DNA of 64,000 bases from an uncultured Gammaproteobacteria bacterium. Its GTDB lineage: Bacteria > Patescibacteriota > Patescibacteriia > Magasanikbacterales > UBA922. The stretch lies in contig CAYSXR010000006.1 in the NCBI GenBank assembly GCA_964435035.1, positions 420-64,419 of the forward strand, in the 5' to 3' direction. The notes under the pieces were generated by a model, which was not told the DNA's origin, ran no database searches, and was given only the letters and a program-made list of their open reading frames with translations. The translations under genes were made by a program, and so were the position numbers. Shown piece by piece: positions 18,731 to 27,575 of the stretch (positions within the stretch are counted from its first letter, which is position 1; each line of letters starts with the position of its first letter).

Positions 18731-19156
18731 TTGACAAGCCAGATATGCAGGTGTATTTTTTGTTACTGGTGTTCTGATTCGTACTGCAAGGGGGTGTGTA
18801 TGGGTGTCTGTGACAGGTTTTTCTACAGTTCGTTCGATGTCTGGGGATTCTATATTCCCACAGACTTCGTCCCGAGGGCGAGGATCACTGTCTACGGGAA
18901 TCCACGCAATCGGGTGGGGGGGCATGTCATCTATATCGAGGATGTCACGCCTGTGAACGAGAGGATCATCAGTATCACGGGCTACACGTGGCCTCTGTAC
19001 AGTGTGACACCAGGGATTCCAGGTGCAGATTCGAGGCATCGGATGAACGGCGTCCTCTACACCGACCTGAGCCTCGTCTGCATACGTCCTGGATGGGGGC
19101 CTCCGCGGCTGCCGCCAGGGTGGCTCGCATCCATCCGTAGTATCATCACACATTAA
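18731..19156 (+). CDS. Hypothetical Cys-rich protein in GC-rich island (strand ambiguous)
   Basis: The plus frame begins at TTG, has GC3 bias and a Cys-rich N-terminus (CRCIFCYWCSDSYCKGVCMGVC). A hairpin CCTCTGCAC..GTGCGGAGG follows its stop. The opposite-strand 157-aa ORF 18680..19153 cannot be excluded. Confidence 0.25.
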   Translation: MTSQICRCIFCYWCSDSYCKGVCMGVCDRFFYSSFDVWGFYIPTDFVPRARITVYGNPRNRVGGHVIYIEDVTPVNERIISITGYTWPLYSVTPGIPGADSRHRMNGVLYTDLSLVCIRPGWGPPRLPPGWLASIRSIITH

Positions 19157-19167
19157 GGAGGAAAAAG

Positions 19168-19205
19168 CCTCTGCACTGGTATATACTGGTGCGGAGGTTC
19201 CTGTT
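19168..19205 (+). terminator. Hairpin after the 18731 ORF
   Basis: CCTCTGCAC-tggtatatactg-GTGCGGAGG followed by a T-rich tract. Confidence 0.35.
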
Positions 19206-19450
19206 TATATAGAAAAATGTAGTTAATTTTTCTATATTGAGGTAAAAAATTGGATAAAAGGCTTGACAAAATGGCTTAAATATGGTATATTCTCTAGTTC
19301 AAAATCGTCCTTTATAATATCTTTCTTGGCTTTCTTTTTGCCTTATTTTAGCTTAAAATATGCAGAAAGAAGGCTGTCAACGAAGCACATGGATTGTCAA
19401 AAACTTGACACAGGGTCAGGCATAAGACATTCCGTGTAAAGGAGTGAATC

Positions 19451-19768
19451 GTGGGAAAGAATCGGCGTCAGAGCAATTTCGCACAGTGGAGTCGAGATGC
19501 ACAGGTGGAGCTCGATGAAGAGGCGGATGAACTCGAGCGGCAACGTCTATGGTATGAGGGGTTGGATGACGAAGATATAGTCGAGCCGGAGAGCTCAACC
19601 GACGAGGGTAGCTGCTACGAGCCTGGTGAGGAGTACAGCGGAGCTCATCACGATGATTCCTTCGCCGACATGGCTCGTGAGCCGTTCACCGAGGACGAGA
19701 TTGTCCAGATCGACCAGAAACTCGAGGATCATATCGCGGTGAATCGTGAGTGCAACTCAAAATCCTGA
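19451..19768 (+). CDS. Hypothetical highly acidic 105-aa protein in GC-rich island (GTG start)
   Basis: An AAGGAG RBS sits 7 nt upstream of the GTG. About one-third of residues are D/E. GC3 bias. A CCCGTATC-atac-GATACGGG hairpin lies downstream. Two TTGACA-type promoters lie upstream (19267 and 19404). Confidence 0.45.
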   Translation: MGKNRRQSNFAQWSRDAQVELDEEADELERQRLWYEGLDDEDIVEPESSTDEGSCYEPGEEYSGAHHDDSFADMAREPFTEDEIVQIDQKLEDHIAVNRECNSKS

Positions 19769-19947
19769 ACTCCTGTTTAGGTAAGTCTATACGGGCTTCA
19801 TGGAGCGTGACGTTCCTGGCCCGTCGGGCTCGACGAACCCCCGTATCATACGATACGGGGTTGAATGTTTTTATAGGGTATTTTAGCCTTTGACATTTCT
19901 CATACTTTTCGCTATAATCTCGAAACTTCTAGACATAATTATATTCT

Positions 19948-21252
19948 ATGGAACACACGCATAAAAAACTCAAAAACTCAGAAATCGAGATGACTATTAC
20001 GGTCACCGCTGCTGAATATGAAAAACACTTACGAAAAGCAGCAGAACGGATTTCAAATAGAACTACCATCAAAGGCTTCCGCAAAGGACATGCTCCTTTT
20101 GATATGGTAAAACGAGAAATCGGCGAAATGCATGTGATGAATGAAGCACTCGAGAGCATTCTCCAGGAAACATTTTATAATGCAGTGATGGCAGAGAAAC
20201 TGGATACCATCGGAATGCCAAAAATTAATATTGAAAAAATCGCTCCAGGCAATGATTTTGTATACAAAGCAGTAGTGGCACTTCTTCCTGTAGTGACTCT
20301 GCCAAAACTCGACAAAATCAAAGTAGAACACAAAGCAAAACCAGTAACTGAAACTGATATCGATGCAGTGATTGAAAACCTCACCAAAATGCAGGCAGTA
20401 GAAGTGGTAAAAGAAGGCCCTGCTACTAAAGAAGATAAAGTGGTAATCGATATGGACCTACTTCTCGATGGAGTACCTATCGAAGGTGGGCAGGCAAAAG
20501 ATTACCAGGTCTATCTCTCAGAAAATCAGCACATCCCTGGATTCAATGATGCGCTTCTCGGAGTGAGTAAGGGAGAAGAAAAAGAATTTGATGTTCCATT
20601 TCCAAAAGATTATTACAACAAAATGCTTGCGGGAAACACTGGACACTTCAAAACGAAAGTGAAAGAAGTGTATACTCGAGTATTTCCAGAAGTGAATGAT
20701 GAATTTGCAAAAAAAGTAGGACAAGACAGTGTAATCAAACTCCGAGAATTATTACAGAGTAACATGGAACATGAAGCACTTCACAAAGCTGATGAAGTAG
20801 CTGAGATCGAAATGTTTGATGCCCTGATCGACAAATCAAAATTCGAAGAAATTCCTGAAGTGTTGATCGATGCTGAACGAAAGAAAATGTTTTATGAATT
20901 AAAACGTGATCTTGAAAAAAATGGAATCACGATTGATCAATACTTGGCAGACTTGAAAAAAAGTGAAGAAGATATTCAGAAAGATTTTACTGAGCAAGCA
21001 ACCAAGCGTGCAAAAGCAGCACTCGTGTCTCGCCAAATTGCAAAGGATGAAAATCTTACGGTAGATGATACTGAGCTTGCTGAAGAAATTGAAAAAATGA
21101 AAAAAGAATATAAGGATCATCCAGAATATTTGGAGAATCTAAATAAAGCAGAGGTGAAAGATTCAGTTCGAACCTACTTGGTAAATCGAAAAGTAATCAA
21201 TTTCCTCCGAGAGAAAATTTTGACAGGAAGACCAGAGCATACACATGACTAG
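19948..21252 (+). CDS. tig: Trigger factor
   Basis: 434 aa with a ribosome-binding N-domain (TIKGFRKGHAPFDMV), a central FKBP-type PPIase domain and a C-terminal arm. Confidence 0.9.
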   Translation: MEHTHKKLKNSEIEMTITVTAAEYEKHLRKAAERISNRTTIKGFRKGHAPFDMVKREIGEMHVMNEALESILQETFYNAVMAEKLDTIGMPKINIEKIAPGNDFVYKAVVALLPVVTLPKLDKIKVEHKAKPVTETDIDAVIENLTKMQAVEVVKEGPATKEDKVVIDMDLLLDGVPIEGGQAKDYQVYLSENQHIPGFNDALLGVSKGEEKEFDVPFPKDYYNKMLAGNTGHFKTKVKEVYTRVFPEVNDEFAKKVGQDSVIKLRELLQSNMEHEALHKADEVAEIEMFDALIDKSKFEEIPEVLIDAERKKMFYELKRDLEKNGITIDQYLADLKKSEEDIQKDFTEQATKRAKAALVSRQIAKDENLTVDDTELAEEIEKMKKEYKDHPEYLENLNKAEVKDSVRTYLVNRKVINFLREKILTGRPEHTHD

Positions 21253-21292
21253 TTGTCTGGTTGAGAAAATTTGCGTAACTAAGAATTTAATT

Positions 21293-21394
21293 AAATCCGT
21301 GTTAATCCGTTCAATCCGTGTCATCCGTGTTCCATTTAGCGAAAGTTAAAGAATAGAACACGGATTTAACGGATCTGACGGATAGGCACGGATT
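21293..21394. repeat. Inverted array of iterated ATCCGT(G) motifs
   Basis: The left arm is AAATCCGTG TTAATCCGT TCAATCCGTG TCATCCGTG and the right arm is CACGGATTT AACGGATCTG ACGGATAGG CACGGATTT, with 4+4 repeats. It lies between tig and the DUF167 gene. Confidence 0.6.
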
Positions 21395-21404
21395 TAGAAT
21401 TTAT

Positions 21405-21626
21405 ATGCGTCTTACTATTATCGTAAAACTTCGCTCATCAAAAACTGACGTAATACAAATTTCAGAATCAGAATATCAAGTTCGTCTCACTGCGTCTCCG
21501 GTTGATGGGGAGGCAAACGAACAGCTAATAAAAGTATTAAGCGAATATTTTGATATTGCAAAAACCCACATTTCAATTCTTAAAGGTAAAACAGGAAAGA
21601 AGAAAATGGTAGAAATCAGCAAATAA
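21405..21626 (+). CDS. DUF167/YggU-family protein
   Basis: 73 aa with the family core LTASPVDGEANEQLIKVLSEYF. Confidence 0.7.
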   Translation: MRLTIIVKLRSSKTDVIQISESEYQVRLTASPVDGEANEQLIKVLSEYFDIAKTHISILKGKTGKKKMVEISK

Positions 21627-21693
21627 AAAAATCCCTTGATAGGGAATGGGTGTGCTCGCACCTGTCGACCGAAGTCTAAGGATGCGAGCACAC
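21624..21693 (-). terminator. Tandem hairpins terminating the minus-strand GC-island gene
   Basis: TCCCTtgatAGGGA preceded by an A-run (a T-run on the minus strand), plus the 11-bp-stem hairpin GTGTGCTCGCA...TGCGAGCACAC. Confidence 0.5.
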
Positions 21694-21707
21694 GAGCTAC
21701 GACGCGG

Positions 21708-21995
21708 TCACTGCGTCAGGTGAAAGTCCAGTCGGACGGGCTTGTGGATCGGCTGATCCGCCATGGCCTCGAGCGTGAGGCAATTGCCCTTGAGCTCCTT
21801 CTTCCACTTGGTCGCCTCGAGGCAGTCGGTACGTCCGTTGTAGTGGACGACGATCGTCTGAGCGAACTCGGTGACACGGGTGGGACCCTTGTGCACCTTC
21901 AGTGGTCTCTTGCTGAAGTTGCGGTAAATGACGACCTTGTGGCCGACGAGCACGACCGGTTCGGCCAGTGCGATTTCTTCAGAGTGCTTGGACAT
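21708..21995 (-). CDS. Hypothetical 95-aa protein in GC-rich island
   Basis: Very strong GC3 bias in the minus frame. It is followed by terminator hairpins. No recognised domain. Confidence 0.4.
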   Translation of the reverse strand: MSKHSEEIALAEPVVLVGHKVVIYRNFSKRPLKVHKGPTRVTEFAQTIVVHYNGRTDCLEATKWKKELKGNCLTLEAMADQPIHKPVRLDFHLTQ

Positions 21996-22212
21996 GTGCG
22001 TGTTTCTCCTGGTGACGGTCGGCAGGTAGCTCGACAGGTGCGTAGTATAAAGGTTTTACAGAGGTTGTCAATAATTTGTGTGAGTAAACAAAACACCGCC
22101 TCGATCTCCTTTACTGTCCCGAAGTTTTTCGGACCAATAAAGGCATGAGGCGGTGAAATAGTAGTGTTCACTTGTGGGTTGTAGTCGACCGCGACATGCC
22201 AGGGAGTAGAAG

Positions 22213-22557
22213 TTACTTTTTGGAAATTTCATGTTCCGAGGGGGTGAGAGTGCGCCAATCGTGACAACGATTGTGGTGATCACCATAGATCGCAACTTCT
22301 TCGTACCGAGTGAAATCCTTCAGTCGAGGACAGTTGGTGAACCAGTAGACCTCGCCGAGGTACATGTTCATGATCATGATGGTGTACTCACCTCGATAAA
22401 CGGGATATCCGATTGCGGGCCGACGGTCGAGTTCCATTGCTATCGCACCCTGTTCGTTCCCGACGATCTTGATCGCGCCGGCGATCACGAATGTGATGAG
22501 AACGAGCCAGATGAATGGCTGGGTGTACAGACGTTTTGTGTTGAGTTTTTCTTCCAT
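22213..22557 (-). CDS. Hypothetical membrane-anchored protein in GC-rich island
   Basis: The start was chosen at MEEKLNTKRLY. It has a TM helix (FIWLVLITFVIAGAI) and GC3 bias. Confidence 0.35.
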   Translation of the reverse strand: MEEKLNTKRLYTQPFIWLVLITFVIAGAIKIVGNEQGAIAMELDRRPAIGYPVYRGEYTIMIMNMYLGEVYWFTNCPRLKDFTRYEEVAIYGDHHNRCHDWRTLTPSEHEISKK

Positions 22558-22646
22558 CGCAATTCTCCGTTGCAAAAAGAGCGAACACTGGTATCTAGTA
22601 TTCCCAAAAAGATAGGATGTTGTCAAGAAGATTTCAAACCAGGCTA

Positions 22647-22735
22647 CATGCGAATTACAAATGGTACGAATTTGCGAATGCTGAAATTCAAAATTCTAAT
22701 CCATTCGTGTATTGGTTTTATTCGTAATTCGCATG
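22647..22735. repeat. MITE-like palindromic repeat, copy 3
   Basis: CATGCGAATTACAAATGGTACGAAT...TTATTCGTAATTCGCATG. It directly abuts the GC-rich island. Confidence 0.7.
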
Positions 22736-23851
22736 TCTAAATTTCCAAATTTCGCGACCAACAAATTGGTTGTCACGAGAATAGAGGAGAGAGGTAGATT
22801 TTTCCGAAAAAGGAATTACTTTGAATCCAAGTTTCTCAATTTCAATATGTGCATTAGTTTTCACCCAGTCTTTGCCTGATTTGAATATGGGAATGATAAA
22901 AATAATGACGCCATCGGGTGAAAGTATTTGTTTGAAAGATTCAAAACTGCTGAGGTATAACATTTTCAACTCCACTGCCTGACTTTCAAGCGCAAATTTA
23001 CTTTCATGTCCATGCAACGGCTTGCCCATGTACGGTTCAGACACAATTGCATCAACACTATTTTTCTTAAATACTTTTTCCAATTTTTCCGCAGGTATGA
23101 GGTGTACGGCTGTTTCAATTTTTGTAGATGTGTGATCTTTTAAAAACCATCGGGTATTCTCAATAGAATCCTCAACAGCTTTTTCTGAATTATCTGATCC
23201 GGATACGTGAGTATACCCAAGTGAGAGTGCTTCGATAAGTACCGTACCTGATCCACAAAATGGGTCGAGGATGTGAGCATTGAGTGGGGCTTCGGTAAGG
23301 TTTACCATCATGCGGGCAAGTTTGGGTGGAAGCATCCCACTTCGGCTATCAGTGCGTGGGCGCTCATAATCGCGGCGAGTGAAAGATTCAATATCTTGAA
23401 TTGCATCAGTTACAAACCATTCAGTACCTACTTTGATAATATCCCCCTTTTTTTCAATCAAATTATTATGAATTACGGTCGCCGCATTTTTTGATTCAAT
23501 ATATCTTACGGAACGCCCAATACTTTTTAAATGTTTTTTAACTTCCAGAGCCAAAGACTTCTGGTTTATTCCTGAAATCGAAAATTGAATTTTTCCATCA
23601 GTCGCTTGTTCGAGGTGTTCCGCAATCGTGTGTACGTCGTTGGTCTTTTTTTCCAAAGCATGTGCGATTCGAATGGTACCACCAAGAATATGGATGAGTA
23701 CTTGTGCATCGAGTGTCTCATCGACTTCGATAATATAAAAAGAGTCAGCAGTGTTGATTTCTTTGTAAGAAATTGATAACCGCTTACACACAGAAATAAT
23801 TTCAGCAACCGATACATGAGGCTGGTGTCCTAGTTCAAACGCGTATTTCAT
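22718..23851 (-). CDS. THUMP-domain class I SAM-dependent RNA methyltransferase (UPF0020/Trm14-RlmL-like)
   Basis: An N-terminal THUMP-like region, then a methylase core (ILDPFCGSGTVLIEA, motif I) and a DPPY-like region. Confidence 0.65.
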   Translation of the reverse strand: MKYAFELGHQPHVSVAEIISVCKRLSISYKEINTADSFYIIEVDETLDAQVLIHILGGTIRIAHALEKKTNDVHTIAEHLEQATDGKIQFSISGINQKSLALEVKKHLKSIGRSVRYIESKNAATVIHNNLIEKKGDIIKVGTEWFVTDAIQDIESFTRRDYERPRTDSRSGMLPPKLARMMVNLTEAPLNAHILDPFCGSGTVLIEALSLGYTHVSGSDNSEKAVEDSIENTRWFLKDHTSTKIETAVHLIPAEKLEKVFKKNSVDAIVSEPYMGKPLHGHESKFALESQAVELKMLYLSSFESFKQILSPDGVIIFIIPIFKSGKDWVKTNAHIEIEKLGFKVIPFSEKSTSLLYSRDNQFVGREIWKFRHANYE

Positions 23852-24255
23852 AAGTCAGTAGTAGAGGATGAAGCCTCGGGAATAATAGGGGTTGTGGTTG
23901 AGCTTACCGGAAGGTTACTGATGGTTGATGTGATTGTCTGGTTATAAAAAGGGTCTCGAGTAGGGGGGGTAAATTCCAAATGCTGTTTCTCATTGTCAAT
24001 CAACAGTACTTGTTCGAGAAGTACAAAGTTCACTGGACCTGCACTTTTGGACACCATTTGTGCTTGAAAATCTGTCTCATAAGTTGATATTCGATTGGAC
24101 ATAAGGTATACCGTCCAGGTAGCATAGCTTGTAACCGTGAGACAGATAAGCGCAACCCCAATCGTAATCAGTCGAAGTACTGAAACATTTGCAAATTCAG
24201 GAGGGATTGGATTGTCTATGCGTTTGGGAGTATTAGTTGACATAGGATGGTTCAC
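23848..24255 (-). CDS. Hypothetical single-TM protein at the distal end of the pilus assembly operon
   Basis: A TM helix (LITIGVALICLTVTSYATW) and a Ser/Thr-rich C-terminus. It overlaps the upstream gene by 8 nt, so translational coupling is likely. Confidence 0.35.
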   Translation of the reverse strand: MNHPMSTNTPKRIDNPIPPEFANVSVLRLITIGVALICLTVTSYATWTVYLMSNRISTYETDFQAQMVSKSAGPVNFVLLEQVLLIDNEKQHLEFTPPTRDPFYNQTITSTISNLPVSSTTTPIIPEASSSTTDL

Positions 24256-24793
24256 TCGTAGTATTAAGCGTCGCTCTAAAAGTCATAACAACCTGATTCT
24301 CTCCTAATTTTGAATTTTTTTCAATAGTCAGCCCTCTGATGCTTAGATAATAGGGGATTGATTCGAGTTCTGCTAGATACCTTTCGATACGTTCAAGTGG
24401 TCCTGTGGTAGAAAATGAAAAAAGGTAACGACCAGTAAACTGCGCTTGGTCTTCATGTGGTTGGTACGATACTGATAATTCTTGGTCCACCCCATTTCGC
24501 TCGGCAATTAATTCAATTAATTCAATTAATTTTTCTTCTTCTGATTTGGTAATTGAAATTGCAGTAGTACGTGATAAATTTTCCTCAATAGTATCTATTT
24601 CAATAAGTGATCTACGAAGTAGTCGTACTCGTTCCAACTCCTCATTGTCAGCACTCACCTGTGCAACCATGGCGTCCGTAGTTTGGGTGATCGAGTTCAG
24701 TGAAGGGAATATAAAACCAAATATCACGCCAATTCCGGCAGAGAAGAAGAAAATGATGGTAAAAATAAGTTTGTGAGTAATCGTGAATCTCAT
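24233..24793 (-). CDS. pilO: PilO-like type IV pilus inner-membrane component
   Basis: A TM helix, a coiled-coil and a C-terminal alpha/beta domain. Its position after pilN is canonical. The start was chosen at MRFTITHK to avoid overlap. Confidence 0.45.
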   Translation of the reverse strand: MRFTITHKLIFTIIFFFSAGIGVIFGFIFPSLNSITQTTDAMVAQVSADNEELERVRLLRRSLIEIDTIEENLSRTTAISITKSEEEKLIELIELIAERNGVDQELSVSYQPHEDQAQFTGRYLFSFSTTGPLERIERYLAELESIPYYLSIRGLTIEKNSKLGENQVVMTFRATLNTTSEPSYVN

Positions 24794-24794
24794 A

Positions 24795-25325
24795 TTATTT
24801 GAGTGTTGCCTGAATAGTAAACGGAATATTTTCTTTACGTGTAAGTTCTCCCAATGGTATCTGTACGGATTCAAGTATAGGAAGTGCTTTCATTGCTGTT
24901 TCACAAAGACCGAGCACCTCGCGTGATGCGGCAACTCCAGCAAGCGAAAGGGTGTGTGTTTCTCCATCTAAAATGATAGAACTCACTTCAATCCCTGGTG
25001 GAAGTGCGGCAAGAATAGCGTGTAATCGAGGAGACCACAATGTAAAGGTGGTTTGAGTTTGTTCTATTTTTTTGAGTTGACTATTGGTCGCTGCAATCCG
25101 TTGAGTATCAATCAGGTATGATCGTCTTCCTGAGAGTACTCCGTAAGTGAGAGCTGCACGATATTCAATAAAAAAACTTTCAGTAACCAAGAGTACTGCA
25201 GCAAGTACTGCAATCAATGAGAAAACTAACGCAAAAGAACTTTTGAGGTACGTAAAAAGTGCCAAGCGCTTGAGATGAGCTTTTTTGGAATCTGATAATA
25301 CATTGATTCTGACGGGGAACATCAT
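24795..25325 (-). CDS. pilN: PilN-like fimbrial assembly protein
   Basis: N-terminal RINVLSDSKK (compare the PilN INLLP motif), then a TM helix, then a periplasmic domain. Confidence 0.55.
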   Translation of the reverse strand: MMFPVRINVLSDSKKAHLKRLALFTYLKSSFALVFSLIAVLAAVLLVTESFFIEYRAALTYGVLSGRRSYLIDTQRIAATNSQLKKIEQTQTTFTLWSPRLHAILAALPPGIEVSSIILDGETHTLSLAGVAASREVLGLCETAMKALPILESVQIPLGELTRKENIPFTIQATLK

Positions 25326-25330
25326 ACTGA

Positions 25331-26437
25331 TTAGATAGTATCTCGTTTGCTAAATGGATTATCCGCTGCTCGAAGAGCAAGTCCAATCGCTGTTGCGTAT
25401 GACAGGGCTGAAGCATTTTCCATAGGCGCATGTTTTGGATCAATGCCTAGATTTTTCCATACATTTCCCCGCACACACTCAACACCTAAAGCTTCATTGA
25501 GGACAGTATCGAGATGAATTAAATTGCATGATCCTCCACACAAGACAATACGAGTAATTCTATTAGCACGAGTATTGTGACCGTAGTATGATGAGAAAGT
25601 GTGTTCGAGAGCTTTGGAAAATGCATGTACTAATTTGAGAAGTGCGGGAGTATTTTTTTTGCCTTGTGGAATTTCCAATCCCGTGTCAATTTTTATTTTT
25701 TCGGCAGTAGCTTCATCCACTTTTTGAGAGTCCATGATGGCGTGAGTCAGTAGTTCTCCTGAAAAAGGGAGTACGGTGCTGAATTGAATAACATCACGGT
25801 CATATATAATGACCTGAGTACGTGTGGAGCCAATATCAATGATTGCACGAGCCTCTTCTTTGTACTCTTTGTGTGCGGTCACCATTGATCGTGCAATTGC
25901 CACTTCTTCAATTTCAAGCGCCATTACTCCGAGACCAAGACTTTCGAGTAAATAAGTGTAGCTGTCCCCAATACGTTTGGGAATTGCTCCTACTAAAATT
26001 CGCACCTCAGTATCATTGCCCTCAGGCTGTACCACGTGCCAATCGACTGAGTAAGTAGAAAGATCATCAACAGGTAAGTATGTAGAAATCAAATTAAGTA
26101 CATCGGGTGCCTCTACAGCGGCTATGTCGCTGTCGGGTATAGAAATTAATTTGAGGAAACTGTGATTTTCAGGAACTGAAGCTACTACCCATGGACTCTT
26201 AATCGGGTGTTCACCTCGTCCACTACCTTTCAATAATTTTTCTATTTTTTTCCGAACGAGCTCTGGTTGTTCAATAATCCCATTGACTACGAGTCCTGGT
26301 TCGAGAGGACAGGCACGCATCGCAACGGGTTGGAAAGTGGTGCTTCTAATTTTTTCATGATTTCTAAGTTGGACCAGTTTTACTGATCGGTCTCCGATAT
26401 CGATTCCAAATGCATGTGGAAAAGGATGAGTGAGCAT
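25331..26437 (-). CDS. pilM: Type IV pilus assembly protein PilM (actin-like ATPase)
   Basis: 368 aa with FGIDIGDRSVKLVQL and a later IDIGSTRTQVIIYD actin-fold phosphate motif. Confidence 0.8.
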   Translation of the reverse strand: MLTHPFPHAFGIDIGDRSVKLVQLRNHEKIRSTTFQPVAMRACPLEPGLVVNGIIEQPELVRKKIEKLLKGSGRGEHPIKSPWVVASVPENHSFLKLISIPDSDIAAVEAPDVLNLISTYLPVDDLSTYSVDWHVVQPEGNDTEVRILVGAIPKRIGDSYTYLLESLGLGVMALEIEEVAIARSMVTAHKEYKEEARAIIDIGSTRTQVIIYDRDVIQFSTVLPFSGELLTHAIMDSQKVDEATAEKIKIDTGLEIPQGKKNTPALLKLVHAFSKALEHTFSSYYGHNTRANRITRIVLCGGSCNLIHLDTVLNEALGVECVRGNVWKNLGIDPKHAPMENASALSYATAIGLALRAADNPFSKRDTI

Positions 26438-26446
26438 GTGAATAGT

Positions 26447-27571
26447 TTAGAAAGCTTGGGTAAGCGAATACATCGGCATGATAATGGAAACTGCAATACC
26501 AGCAACACCTACGCCGAGTAAAATAATAATCACTGGTTCAATAATGGTTGAGAAATTCTTCATGGTTTTATCCACTTCATCTGAATAGAATGATGCGAGT
26601 TCCTGGAGTAAGTGGTCTATTTCACCTGTTTTTTCTCCCACCATTACCATTTCAGTTACCATTGGCGGAAATAGTTTGGGACTGGCAGCGAGTGTATCTG
26701 ATAATTGTTCACCTTTGGAAAGATTCTCCGTTGCACTGAGGAGTGCTCCGCTGTATCGAACATTCTTACATGTTTCGCCAGCAATGCGAACGGCATCAAC
26801 AATTGGAATAGTACTTTTGAGAAGAGATGATAATGTTATGGAAAATCGTGCAAGATTTACTTTTTTGGCAATGGCTCCAAAAATAGGTAAGTGAAGAATA
26901 ACACCGTGCATGAAATATCTAAAAGCAGTATTCTTTTTTATCATAACAATAAAGAGGATAACAAAGAGAGCGGTAAGACCAAGGACAAGTATTAGATTGA
27001 GAGGTTGTGAAAGAAAGTCGGTAATACCAATCAACACTTTGGTTGAGAGAGGAAGCTCAGCCTCGAATTCATCAAACATCGCAGTGAGCTTAGGAAGTAC
27101 CATCGTGACCATGAGTATTCCAATAATGAGAATCGCGCTTACAATCACTGAAGGGTAGATGAGTGCGCCTTTAACACTTGCAACGAGTGCATGATTTTTT
27201 TTCATCTGCACAACGACTTGATCGAGTGCGTCTTCGAGTTTTCCTGCGATTTCACCAGACGCAATCATTTTTGTTTGTAAATCAGGAAAAATTTTTGGGT
27301 AGAGCTTCAAACTATCACTCAGTTGATTTCCTTTTTCCACATGATCGGTAATTTCCTTTACAATGCGAGCAAATTTTTTGTTCTGTGCTTCCTTTGCGAG
27401 TACGTGCAATGCTTCAATGAGTGATAGTCCTGCATGAATCATGGTTTTCAAATGATCGAGAAAAAAAATACGATCGACCATGGAAATTTTTACATGTTGA
27501 GAACTAAAAAACTGGCGTGGTAGATGCGCTTCCTTTGACTGTGATGCATTTCGTAGTGCGGGATTTGCCAT
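26447..27571 (-). CDS. pilC: Type IV pilus platform protein PilC (GspF family)
   Basis: Two T2SS-F domains and 3 TM segments. 374 aa. Confidence 0.85.
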   Translation of the reverse strand: MANPALRNASQSKEAHLPRQFFSSQHVKISMVDRIFFLDHLKTMIHAGLSLIEALHVLAKEAQNKKFARIVKEITDHVEKGNQLSDSLKLYPKIFPDLQTKMIASGEIAGKLEDALDQVVVQMKKNHALVASVKGALIYPSVIVSAILIIGILMVTMVLPKLTAMFDEFEAELPLSTKVLIGITDFLSQPLNLILVLGLTALFVILFIVMIKKNTAFRYFMHGVILHLPIFGAIAKKVNLARFSITLSSLLKSTIPIVDAVRIAGETCKNVRYSGALLSATENLSKGEQLSDTLAASPKLFPPMVTEMVMVGEKTGEIDHLLQELASFYSDEVDKTMKNFSTIIEPVIIILLGVGVAGIAVSIIMPMYSLTQAF

Positions 27572-27575
27572 ATAA

